Shown here piece after piece: positions 1 through 12,700 of a DNA stretch of 64,000 nt (within the stretch, counting starts at the first letter, position 1; each line of letters opens with the position of its first letter). The position numbers and the translations under genes are program-made. Origin of the DNA: Lytechinus pictus (taxonomy: Eukaryota); contig NC_087245.1 of assembly GCF_037042905.1 (NCBI RefSeq), positions 22,260,001 through 22,324,000 on the forward strand, in the 5' to 3' direction. The notes below the pieces were generated by a model. That model did not search any database. It was not told where the DNA came from and worked only from the letters and a program-made list of their open reading frames with translations.

Positions 1-808
1 CTGCAAGTTGAGCCAAATATAAAATCTAACCTCCAAAACTAAATAAACCCTTTACAACCCCATCCCACCCCCAAAAAATACACACACAGAGGAAGTGCGT
101 GATGGCAGAGGTTCTCACGGGGGCAATTTTTACTTATGATAGCGAAATTGAAGGAGTTATTGCAAAATAACAATTTGACCAAAGAGTGAAAATGGGCCCC
201 AGGTTTGTGCCATGTATTAAAATAAAGAGATGAATAGAAAACAGAATGCATTTTTAATAGTAAAACGAGTTAGACCATGATTAGTGAAAATGGCGAATTC
301 TAATTTCAAATACAGAAATACTCTTAAAATCGTGTTTACACGATCGCATTACTAACGAGGGAAAAAGAAAAAATAAGTCCCGCTGCCAAGCCGATATGCA
401 TGATAAAGTAAAATGGGTAAAAAAAAAAATATTCAATATTTATTTCAGGGCAAGCCCGACTACACGTCATTATACCTATAAGTCATAAAGGCTAAATTCA
501 TGACGTGTACCCCTGTGTACCGAAATGTTTGCTCGTCATAAAACAGAAAAGGAGTGAATATCGGGGTGAATATTCATAACCCTGAGGGTTATTAGGTTTG
601 CTACTCATATTGCAAGGTATAGGAGAAGAGGGTCAGTCCAGGAGTTGAATTTGTGCCCATGCATGTGCACTCACTAGTCAGAATCAAATTTGTACAAGGC
701 ATATGGATTTCGTATAGCTATTCGCTCGTTAAAAAAGGCAGTTTTTCACTTGATGGTTTCTAGTACAAAAAATGGAGAATTCTCTTTAATACTGCATGAG
801 CCCGGATA

Positions 809-2376
809 CAGTGGCGTAACAGGCGGGGGGGGGGCAGGGGAGCCCCCCCCCCCCCCCCCCGGCGGAGCTCACCGGGGAAAAAAACGGGAAAAATAAAAAA
901 AGGGGGAAGAAAGGGAAAGGGAAAGGAAAGAAAAAAGGGGAAAGGCGAAGGGGAAAGGGAAAAGAAAACTAAGAAAAAACATAAAAAAGGGAAAACGGAA
1001 GGATAATGGGAAAAGGAAGGAAAGAAGAACAAGTGAGAAAGATCAATTCTCCCCGATATACAAATACATAAGCATGATTAGTAACACAGGGAAATAAATT
1101 AAAGATGACAAAAAGGCAAACAAAAGCGTGAAATAAAGGCAGAATGGAATTATATATAGCCAAAATCTAAATTGGAAAATAAAGAATAGAGACAAGATAA
1201 CGTACACTACCGGGCTGCCGAGGATTGAGATAACGAGCGGGAAGAAAAATGGATGGTATATAGCATAATGTCGTATCAAAGTCTATCATAAACTTGCTAA
1301 ATCTCCAAAGGCTCTGTCCAAGAGTCAAGACCCCTTGCAGTGGGGGCTCTTCATCTGTAACCTTTAATGGGTTCTATATGGACTCTTCCTGCATTAAGCT
1401 TTACGTTGAAGCACTGGCGTACCGGGGGGGGGGGGTGGTTCCACAGCCAAGGGGAAATAAAAGAAAATAAAGGAGGCAGCGAAATGAGATGATTGAAAAA
1501 AAATATTTGACATGATATTTGCTATAATGATGTCAAAATCTATCGCATAATTAGAATTTCATTTTAACAGGCAATTTTTTTTTCTGGCTCGCTTCGCTCG
1601 CTGGCGACTTTTTACAAATTTTCCCACATTTGCTATGGTGTGCCCCTCACAATATTTGGATGATTACGATACACAACTGCATTGAATTTATGTGTTGTGT
1701 GAAAGCTATATACGCAATTTGATTAAAATAAGTGGCCATCTGTAAGGTTTAAAATGGCTTTGATATCAAGATCGGTTCCGGAGCTCTGCCCTGGACCCCA
1801 CCCATAAAGCACTGTTATATGGATGAGTTTGGACCATGGCCCCCAAAAGTTCTACAACCAAACAAAAAAAATGAGGAAAGAAAGGAAAGTGTATTATATT
1901 TTTCTGAATATCAAGTTAAAATCTATCTTCATGTTAGATTCTCATAAAAAGGTGATTTTTTTTTATCTCGCTCGCTTCGCTCGCTCGGAACCTATATTAA
2001 GCTAATAGGCTTGCCACAAGTACCATACTCGGCCCCCTCGAGCATGTAGAGCTTCGCCCTGATCCTCACAATCATAACAATAATCTTGTTCACCGTGGCG
2101 TACAAAAAAAGAGAGAAAAAAGGAAAGAGAGGAGGGTGAAATATGATATCATCTTTTTAACATTATGCCAAAATCTATCACAAAAATTAGATTTTTGCAC
2201 TAAAAATGTCAAAAATGTTGCTCGCTCGCTATTATATATATATATATTTGCCCGACACGCCGTATCGCCCCCTCAAAATTTTTGCCTTATGACACCATTG
2301 CCTGTTTCATGATGATATGACCGGGAAATTTTTGGCTCTTGCCCCCCCCTGGCCACCGACCCCTGTTACGCCGCTG
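809..2376. mobile_element. Non-autonomous DNA element with CAGTGGCGTAACAGG terminal inverted repeats, poly-G/poly-C and purine-rich interior
   Basis: cagtggcgtaacagg at 809 and cctgttacgccgctg ending 2376; internal gctcgcttcgctcgc motifs; no clean TSD. Confidence 0.65.
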
Positions 2377-2599
2377 CCTATACTGAGAGTCTGTTCATTC
2401 ATTTTCTTCGGCTTTTTTCCCTTCTCCTTTCCTTTTCTTTTCTTTCCTAATCTCTTTCTTTTCTTTTCCCCCTCATCTTTCATTGAACCACGATTTTTTT
2501 TTCATTTGCGGATTGTTTTGATGGAGTCTGATGCCGGGGAGTAATGCGCTGATCAGAGGTACTGCCGCCTGCCACGCCCATTACCTAAAATGGTCTAAA

Positions 2600-2719
2600 C
2601 GAATCCCCGTCTAAACTAGTCTAGACTAATAACTCTCCTCAGAACTCCTGGTAAACAAGACTATTATTTCATGCCATTGCCACGCGTGTTAAAATCTGGA
2701 AACTGAAGTAACAGAACCG
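2600..2719 (+). other. Possible non-coding first exon of OLA1 (5' boundary uncertain)
   Basis: The ATG exon has a splice acceptor, so an upstream exon is needed; a strong donor CCG|GTAAGA lies at 2720 in unique sequence. No transcript evidence. Confidence 0.3.
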
Positions 2720-3557
2720 GTAAGAAATCAGTGAATTACAGGTATAATATGTCACCATTGATAGTTGAGAGTAATTTCTTTATTTCACTATAGACCTGAA
2801 GTACATGAAAAGCTGTAAAGAGGTGAGCAAACTGTTTGTTTGGCGTAAGTAAACCCAGCCAGTTCAAGTTGTTCAGTCACACATCCGAGTACACCAGACC
2901 CTACTAAAAAATTAACGTGTGGGACTGATAATAATTAATATTAAAGCCAGTCTCTGACGTTTGGCGAAAAAGGGTTCCAAGTCCAACAATCTAAGAAGTT
3001 CAGTTGCAGTTTTGGGGATTCATTTATAAATTTCTAAAATTTTCATCTTATCCCCTAGATTATAGATACCCCTATCTATTTTACAATAATTGCATTGATT
3101 ATCACTAAATAAGTCACCAGTGCAGTGATCTGGTGATGAGGGAATCAGACTAATCAGTGAGAGTCGAGACTAGCCAGGCGGCTTCTTGAGAGTAAAAATC
3201 ATTTACTAACGTAGCCGTAGGCTTACTCTCAATGAAGGTTGGTTGGTGTTGGAGTTAAGTTGGCGCTCTTCAATCTGGTAGATTATCTGCGCCAGGTCGT
3301 TTCCGAGTTAGTTGCTTAATTCCCGCATCAATGTCCTCGGCGTTAGACTAGTCTGACCTGTCACATAGCGAGGTGCAATATAATTATGATTAGTTACCAC
3401 CACCATTAAATTGTGCGTTTTTGTACTTCATAGTATGCAAACTTATATAAGAAGCTAGGTCGAAACTCAATTTTAGTAGTCTAAGAATTATCACTAATCA
3501 TCTGAACAAAAGGAAGAGAGAGAGAGAAAGAGATTGAGAGAGATCAGTGGAATATTC

Positions 3558-4370
3558 TTATTCGAATCTTTTTGTTTTTTTCACGTAATTCAGGATGACT
3601 TTATAATCTGCATTTCTTCCCAATAATGTTGCTAGATCTGATATTGGCTTGTTTAATTTCAGGCTTCTTTGCATAATTCTTCTTTCTCTTTCATATTTCT
3701 TACATTGTAGTAAAAAATGTTCTATTGTCTCAGGAACCTGACAATGGGAACATAGACCATTTTCATGTTGATTGAATTTATACAGATAATAATTCAATTT
3801 ACATTTTCCGAGTCTTAAACGGTGTATCATAGTCTCTTCAAACCGAATGAGACCTTGATAACTAATTGTATCTGCCACGTTGGGTTGGATGCTAAATAAA
3901 TGTCTTCCTTTAGATGAGGATACCCATTGAGCCTGCCAGATTTCTTTATAAATCAAAGACATGTGGGTTTTCCATTCCTCTTTGATATATGGAATGTGTA
4001 ATTCAACTTGTTCTTTTGATGCTCCTTTTTTTGCTAAAAGGTCTGCCACATCGTTTCCATGAATACCACAATGGGATGGTATCCATTCAAAATTGACATA
4101 AATATCTGATAATTGTAAAACTTTGATTTTATACAAGATATCAACAATAAGATTGTTTTGTATACGATTGCTTTCAAGTGCTTGAAGAGCAGACAACGAA
4201 TCTGTAAAAATTACCACGGACATACCTCTGTTATCTCCTAGCCAATCAAGTGCCATTACCATTGCTGTTAATTCGGCTCTCATTATACTTACAGAATTTA
4301 ATCTATAGAATCTTTTAATATCCAGTTCTGGTATATAAAAAGCAGAGCCGGTTCTCTTGTCTTCTTGTGA
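3558..4370 (-). mobile_element. 5'-truncated non-LTR retrotransposon (RNase H-bearing I-group type): RNase H plus C-terminal CCHC finger
   Basis: Open frame with RAEL, FTDSLSAL, WIPSHCGIHGNDVAD, RLRLG and C-x2-C-x7-H-x4-C; the first catalytic (DGS) motif and RT are absent. Confidence 0.88.
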
Positions 4371-4667
4371 ATGAAGCCAGGGAGTCCTTCCTATTCATCT
4401 GCGTGTACCGCAAAAAACCCTGAAACTTTCGCCCCCGAGATTTCTACTTTCCTTCTAAAACATCTAGTCATAAATCATGTAGGGCCTACATGGGATAAAA
4501 CTTTATTTCCGACATTTCTACGCGCTCGTTATTTTTAAACAAGAATTCATTTTAAAAAATGAAAAAATATTGTGAAGAGACTTGCCCGATGTTTACACCG
4601 CCATCTTGTTTCTTATTGTACTTCCCCAACGTTACGCGACGCTCGCGTCCGTCGCGCAACCCCCACT

Positions 4668-5622
4668 TAGCCTGGAGGCGTCTGGGGAGTGAAAGTAATA
4701 TACTGTACGTATGGTCACTCCCCTAACGCCTGGCATTGTGATGTATGGGCTCCTACGTACCGAGGGAAAAGGCAACTATAAAAATGCGCCAAACTGCTAG
4801 TTATGTTTAGAATCTGAGGTCACGACTGCTGTACATGGGTAACAATATTGGTTGGCAACGTTTGGCAAAAAATGCGTAGTAATGGTTATAAAATGACGAA
4901 TAAATTATATGAAGTAATAAAAGTAGAAGAGAGTTTACTTACACTTGTTGACATCGCCATCTTTGATCCTTTGTTAATGCAACCTAGTTACGTGACGCGT
5001 ACAGAGGGCGGCAAAATCATGAGCGGCGCTAGATTAAAAAGTGCTAAAATGTCCTGCTTCAACCACTGAACTAGAAATACGTGGAAGTCGTGTACACCCA
5101 AGCAAAACATCGCCGGCGAACTCGATAAGTCACGTGACCGCCGCCATTTTGCTAGGTCAATTGTTCGAGAACGCGCCGTAGAAGGCAAGATGCAATATGT
5201 TTTCTCTATGTATTTCTAGTTCAGTGGTTGAAGCGGGACATTTTAGCACTTTTTAATCTAGCGCCGCTCATGATTTTGCTGCCCTCTATACGCGTCACGT
5301 AACTAGGTTGCATTAACAAAGGATCAAAGATGGCGATGTCAACAAGTGTAAGTAAACTCTCTTCTACTTTTATTACTTCATATAATTTATTCGTCATTTT
5401 ATAACCATTACTACGCATTTTTTGCCAAATGTTGCCAACCAATATTGTTACACATGTACAGCAGTCGTGACCTCAGATTCTAAACATAACTAGCAGTTTG
5501 GCACATTTTTATAGTTGCCTTTTCCCTCGGTACGTAGGAGCCCATACATCACAATGCCAGGCGTTAGGGGAGTGACCATACGTACAGTATATTACTTTCA
5601 CTCCCCAGACGCCTCCAGGCTA
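4668..5622. mobile_element. Foldback element: 413-bp inverted arms, TAG...CTA termini, 8-bp TSD CCCCCACT (hAT-like)
   Basis: Arms 4668-5080 and 5210-5622 are near-perfect reverse complements; TSD at 4660-4667 and 5623-5630. Confidence 0.9.
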
Positions 5623-6671
5623 CCCCCACTTCCTTGATTTATCCGAACTTAATACATAAACATATGGCCATTGAGTCCCCTGTACAGATAGTAAAGAACT
5701 TTGGTCTCTGTATTTGGTGAGTGGAGCCAACGGAGTTCAGCGGAACAACCAATTTGACAGAGACCGAAGTTTTTGGTCTAGGGTAAACTGTACTATCATG
5801 ACTATTAGCAAACACTAAGTTAACACTGCACTTTTTTTTATCAGACAAGAAAACTGCAGTGCATGGTTGATGATGATCTAGCTCTAGATAAGTCTTGAAA
5901 ACTTTTTTCCGCTTTGCTGACCAGTATGATAACCTGTATGTTGAGATTTTTTTTTTTTAAGTTCCTTTTTGTGGCCTATCACAAGGTATCTTCCTTTTTT
6001 TGGCCATTTCTCTCATTTTCTGTAACTTATTTGATGTAACTTAAATTGTTATGTTATACATTGTTTATATTCATTGTCTATTTCATGTTTTATGTAATTA
6101 AAATACTTTATCTGATGAGCTAGGAGAAATAAACCAAACACGAAACTTGAAATGTAAACACTGCATTAGTAGCCCCTAAAGGTAAACTTGTAAATATGGT
6201 AATGCCTAATGGTAATAAGTCTCATTCCACATGTTTTAGTAAAAAATCTGTCGATGGTTACACTGCAATCATAGCTCTTGTGTAATATCAATAGAGCTAC
6301 ATGTATAGGCCGATCACTCGGCTAGCCTGGACTATCAAAACACAGCACGGTTTCAATTGGCCCAATGATTGTTCAATTGTCTCCAATATGGGGCATTATT
6401 AACTCCTTAATTTTCTCCAGTATTGGCCATTTACTGCTACTAGTACTGCCAATATAATGTTGATTATTTATGACCAACATTGGCGGAACCTGGATTTCTT
6501 TGGGGAAGTGGCCCATTTTTTTTGTTCAAGAATTATCTGACAAGCAAAATAAAAATGTAATGTCTCTGGAAAAACTAGAAGTAATTGAAGTTTGGAATTG
6601 TATTTTTAGAATGTATGTTTTCATTACATTTGTAATTGTGTAAATGATTTGTTACTCTGCAGATTTGAACC

Positions 6672-6769
6672 ATGCCTCCCAAAAAGAAAGAAGGGCCTCC
6701 TAAGAAGGTTTTGTTAGGCCGTTTTGGAACATCTTTGAAGATTGGTATTGTCGGATTGCCAAATGTTGG
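6672..6769 (+). CDS. OLA1: OLA1 coding exon 1 ([33 protein letters not shown])
   Basis: ATG in ACCATG context, upstream acceptor ctgcag ending 6662, donor gtgagt. Confidence 0.95.
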
Positions 6770-9700
6770 GTGAGTCTCTATAAGTTGCAACAAGGATTAT
6801 CTTACACCAGTTGTCAGTCCAATTTTTGGTTCATTCTTAGAGGACAAAATTTTAATAAATGAAATTTCATTTTGAAAAATACAAAATTTCAGTGTTATGT
6901 TTGTACGATTTTACTTTATCTGTCCAAATGATATTATTTTCAACCTGGAGTACCTTTTAAATAAACCAATGTATAATATTAAAAAATTGACACCCATTTC
7001 ACTATTGAATGTATGATAGTTTGTTTACCTTCCATTTTCCCCCCTTTATAACCTTTTACAGAAAATCAACTTTCTTCAATGTTTTGACTAAGAGCCAAGC
7101 TGCAGCTGAGAATTTCCCTTTCTGTACAATTGGTAAGTGTTGTAAATGATAACCGGAGGAACTTATAATTTTGATTGTTTGCTAAATAAAATATTTATAT
7201 AGAATATCTAATTATTCAAACAATTAACAATGAAATATGATGATATACTGTTCTGGTGAAATGAATTTTTAAGACATATTTAATAATGTTTCTATTCCAT
7301 CATAAATCATAAGTAAATGTAAATAATCCATGTTGATATGTTTGTATCATATGAAGTATCTCAAGAGAAGAGAAAGGCTGTGCTCTAACTTTAGTGTTAC
7401 ATAAATTTGGAAACTCACAATATGATTATATTTATTGACAATGTTTCATTGACTTTAAATCATATGAAGTTACAGTATTGTAAATCTTTGATAATAGTTG
7501 ATACACATATAATATTGTATAAGAATTATTCAATAATAACAATGACACTACCTTATATCAGCAAACCATTGTCTTTGTGTGATATTTTTAAATGTTCCTC
7601 TTTTTTCCCCTTTTTCTTGCCATGCTATATTGCTTGCTGTTTATCATCAACAGAACCTAATGAAAATAAGTATACTTTTCTTATATATTTGTGATATAAT
7701 GCACAATGCTGAGTTATTTGTGAAGTTAAAAAAAATGAACACAATGCTTTTTTGGTTTACCAGCAGAAATAGAGCCAGAGAGTTTGTTGATTAGTATAAA
7801 CATACTGCTGTACTGTTCTAACAAGATAACTATATGCAAACATTGCAAAGTGAAAAATCCTGATTAACTAAGAGCCATCTTAGCAGATATAAAAAAAGGA
7901 AAATATTACAGTTAACCTTAGATAATGTACATTTGTCTCTTAGTTCAAAGTATATTTCATATAGGAATTCATGGAAAAGTATAGCCTTGATGGATAATTT
8001 TTTATAACTTTTTCAAGTGTTTTCTACCTGGAAATTATCATACCATATTTACCAAAGAATGAGATGCACTGATCCGTTTCTTTTGGCAAATACATTAGCA
8101 CTATGCAATTATTCATGCTCAGTATACATGTATTTTAGATATGGAAGATTAAGCCAAAGTTACACAGAAACTGGAAAAAGGAAAACAGAATCGTATATAG
8201 GGGTTATAAAATTGAAAATAAAAAAAAATTACAAAATTTTAAACTTTATATGGAAAATGTACAGAAATCCGATAAGGTTAATTTTGTGACACTTAAAGTG
8301 AAGTAAGTGTTGGGGAAGTTCAAAAAAAAAAAGGCAAGGAGTTCCATGTTTTAGGTGCTATGGTAGAAAAGGTGTGTGCTTATTCCTTTGAAAAGTTAGT
8401 TTAGTATACAAATAGATGTTCAAAGCATAGTTCTTTGTTTAAAAATTGCTTTGTAGGTTCTGGTTTAATGGATTGATCTCTTTGTACTTTGTTCTTAGAT
8501 ACGTAGGGTACCTGTCCCAGATGTTCGATATGACTTCCTCTGCGAGTTCCACAAACCTGCAAGGTGAGATGACCAATAATATATCATTTTTACTGCCACA
8601 ATTGTTTCTGTCTATATAGAGATATGGTCTTGAGCTTTTTTGTGTAAGTATTTGGTTTTGAAGTTTTGTTTTTCTGTTTGACTTATTGCTCAGCTTTTCT
8701 ATGGGAGTATATTTGCAGGACCAAAGGCTTAGAATCCATTTTGATGCATTCACTTGTGAATAGACGCTGGTTTTTACAGACTATTGTTAAAAGCTACTGA
8801 AAATCGTCTTATCTGATTGGCTGAGAGCAGATTAGTTTTTGAAAATAATTTACCAAACTTTACATGAAACACTCCCCATGTTTCTTATTAAAAAAACCCA
8901 ACTAGCTGTGAATGAGGTTCAGCAGAAACTAAATCAAAAACTTGATTGATAAAGGTCAAATCCTGTATTGGGACTGGTCTGGAATGGATAGTCTTCGTCT
9001 CTTTAAGATTTGTTGTTAGAGATAGACAAATAGATGGAAATAATCAGTGTTATTAATTCTTTTTAGGATATTTATAAAGAATAACTAGAACAAGAATCAT
9101 CTACTGCCAAGGATTGCTGTTCCAGTGCCTCACATTGCAAATGTAAACAAATAATGGCTGAAACTGTTGTGCCAACAATTTGGGTGTATTCCCATCCATT
9201 CTCATCTGTGTCTATAATAAGGAAGTATTGAATCGTTTTTTTTTTAATCATTTTGGCGATTCCATTTCTTTTCAGCAAATACTGGTGTTTACGTGTATTG
9301 ACTATTATAAACATCCTTTTACAATCACTGTTAGACAGTTTTCATTGTTATACAAATTCACAATGGTATCAAATCTCTACTAAGAATTGGAATTTATGTG
9401 TCTTTAACGGCGAGAAGCACAGGAGTATTTAATTATATTTTGTAGCTGCATTTTGTAGCTGTACCTGTATAATGATTGTTACTATCATCTGATTTCCTGT
9501 CCTTGTATTTTTTTTTATTCAGCAAAGTTCCTGCTTTCTTGCATGTGGTTGACATTGCTGGTTTGGTAGCTGGAGCTCACGATGGTCAAGGTCTTGGCAA
9601 TGCCTTTCTCTCACACATCAAGGCCTGTGATGCCATTTTCCATCTTTGTAGTGAGTTTGCTAAGATTTATTTAACACTTGACATTCATTGATAATGTGTG

Positions 9701-12700
9701 TTTATAATTCAGCACTTGACATTGAACATTCTTCTTTAACATTTAGAATTCATTATTCAGTACTGGACATTCAACGTTCATCCTTGGTATTGTACATTCA
9801 TAATTTTACACTAGACATTAACGTTGAGAATTCAGCAAAGTGTACTTTTGTTTTTGTATTTACTAGTCATAGTATTGAAATCTCTTGGTGTATTTCTTAG
9901 GAGCCTTTGAGGATGAGGATGTAACACATGTAGACGGTGATATCAACCCTGTTAGAGATTTAGATACCATCTTCAATGAGCTTAGATTAAAGGACATTCA
10001 ATACCTGAGAACGCAGTATAATGAAATGGAGAAGAAAACCGTTCGAGGTGCCGACAAGAAAGCATCGGCAGAATTGGTAAGTCTGTGTGAATTGGAGTGT
10101 ACCAACTCTGCAAACGGTATCCCTAAAGGGAAATTCCTGTTTTGAGGAAGATGAAAATAATTATTACAAAGTTACCAACTATTCCTCTTTTTTGGCAATT
10201 TTTTATACTTAAAGTTGAAATATATTGAAAATCGTAAAAATGGAGAATCATATATCAAATTAAAGGAGAAAATAAGGAGAACACGATGGTGTAAATCATT
10301 TATCATGGAGACCAATGGAACTCAGTTAATTGATAGTTTAAAGTTCTCTCTCTGAATGCTTCAAGCACGCAGAATTACGTCCGCGAAATTGGGGATTTTT
10401 TATGACGTCACTTTCTGTACGAGAGGCGTGATTGGCTCTCCAACGTGAAGCTCCACTTGCATGCAAAACCTGTTGCGAGGGTACGTTTTCTCCACAATGT
10501 CACTGAATACTTCGATCCCGAAATGAAAGAAAACCCATAATTTTATCTAGATTTGGATTTTCAAATTGATGATTATGAAGATGAAGAGAATGATGATGAA
10601 GTTTCTAGCTTTAGAAAAACAAAGTGACGTGGATAGAGGTATACATTAGGGGAATTACGCCGGTGATTATGAGTCGGACAATTCAACTTGCATGCCGATT
10701 CGCTACCAACACATGCAGCTGATAGCTGCACCGTGGGTCAAATCCATGAAAATGAATTCCATCACGACCACATCCAGACAGAGTCTCTTTCTTCTATCAA
10801 CAACATAATGAGAATGAAAATAATGATATAACTGAACTTACAAACAAGTGAATATATCCGAACCTAGGCTGAAGGTAAATCAACTCAAGGAATAACAGCA
10901 GACGATATGCACCGACGATGAATTTCACGTGGCTGGGAGATTGTCACTCGTTCTGTTAGATGAAATTTCTATCTCATTATTTTGACTAAATTACAAAACT
11001 CAGAGAATTAGTATTCTACATAAAAATTAAGTAACACCTGGTACTATTTTTTGAATTACGATAAAACCTTTTTGAAGCAAAGAAAATGAGGTAAATTAAA
11101 ATTAGATATAAAAGATCATCCGCCTAGCTCGCATTCGATTGTAAACAATCAGCAAGGCAAGCACATAGAGTTGGATAAAGCTACGCTTTATAAAGCTATG
11201 CTTTATCCAACTCTATGGGCGAGCAAGCCACTGAACTGAAAATACGTATTTTCAGTTCAGTGGAGCAAGCTGGCCATGTGCTTTTGATTGTTTGTTTACA
11301 ATCGCATGCGGCTAAGTGGATGATCCTTTATATCTTATCTTAATTTACCTCAATTTCTTTGCTTCAAACATGTCAAAAATATTTTATCGTAATTCAAAAA
11401 ATAGTACCAGGTGTTACTTAATTTTTATGTAGAATACTAATTCTCCAAGTTTCGTAATTTAGTCAAAATAATGAGATATAAATTTTATCTAACAGAACGA
11501 GTGACAATCTATTCCAGCCACGTGAAATCCATCGTTGGTGCATATCGTCTGCTGCTATTCCTTGAGTTGATTTACCTTCAGCCTAGGTTCGTATTATATT
11601 CACTTATTTGTAAGTACAGTTATTTTATTATTTTCCTTCTCATTATGTTGTTGATAGAGGAAAGAGACTCTGTCTGGATGTGGTCATGCTGCATGGAATT
11701 CATTTTCATGGATTTGACCCGCGGTGCAGCTAGCAGCTGCATGCGTTGGTAGCGAATCGGCTTGCAAGTTGAATTGTCCTACTCATCATCACCGGCGTAA
11801 TTCCCTTAATTTACCACCATCCACGTCACTTTGTTTTTCTAGAGTTAGAAACTTTATCATCATTCTCTTCATCTTCATAATCATCAATTTGAAAATCCAA
11901 ATCTAGATAAACTTATGGGTTTTCTTTCATTTCATGATCGAAGTATTCAGTGACATTGTGGAGAAAACGTACCCTCATAACAGGTTTTGCATGCAAGTGG
12001 AGCTTGACGTGGGAGAGCCAATCACGCCTCTCGTACAGACAGTGACGTCATCAAATTCGAGTCAATTCAGAGACCGATGCGAGGCATATTTCGGAGAGGC
12101 ATTTTAGCGCTTTTTAATTGGCGATTTCCACCTTATGTATTATTTTCATTATTTTTGAATGACCTAATGGTAATCCTCACATCATTACCTTTCCACTGAT
12201 ATATAATAAGGCCATATTCATAATCAATATATTTCTCCTTTAACCCTAAATAGACTGGGCTATTTCGACGCCTAAGAAGACTGGGGGGGGGGGGCTGATT
12301 CAGCCCCCCCTTATGATCTCGGCCGTCGATCGCGCAATCGCGACGAAAATTGGCACGCACGTTACCCATGGCATTATCTACAAAACTATAATATCAAATT
12401 CTGCAAAAAATCTCATTGCTCATTAATTATGCTAATTTATGCGTAAAATCATAAGTTTGCTCTAATTAATTAAATAATGCCCCTAAAATGCTAATTTTTG
12501 TTTCCCATACTCTAGATAAGCATCTGATCAAATCTATTAAAGAAAAAATTCAACATCACATTTATTTTCTTATGTATTCTATTGTTTTCTTAATTTCTTA
12601 TGTATTTCTTTGTTTTTCGACTTTTTGTTTTTTATTGTTTTTTCAATGGAAATTGTCAGGGACTTTATTTTTACCATAAAAAAGATCAAATTAATTGATA

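Larger units (their letters stand above)
10213..12239. mobile_element. Kolobok-like non-autonomous foldback in OLA1 intron 6 (TTAA|AG...CT|TTAA; ~750-bp internal inverted arms)
   Basis: ttaaagttgaaatatattg versus caatatatttctcctttaa; arms ~10398-11150 and ~11286-12055 are reverse complements. Confidence 0.8.

Noticed and set aside
3558..4283. Intact 241-aa RNase H ORF as a domesticated host gene
   Set aside because: It lacks the first catalytic Asp motif and looks like ordinary 5' truncation of a recent LINE copy.
4848..5442. Two near-identical 73-aa ORFs on opposite strands
   Set aside because: They are mirror images produced by the foldback arms, with TTG starts and no recognisable domain.
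7133..8506. A second, mutually exclusive microexon encoding DPNESR-like sequence
   Set aside because: Manual scan of both introns found no candidate with AG/GT boundaries.
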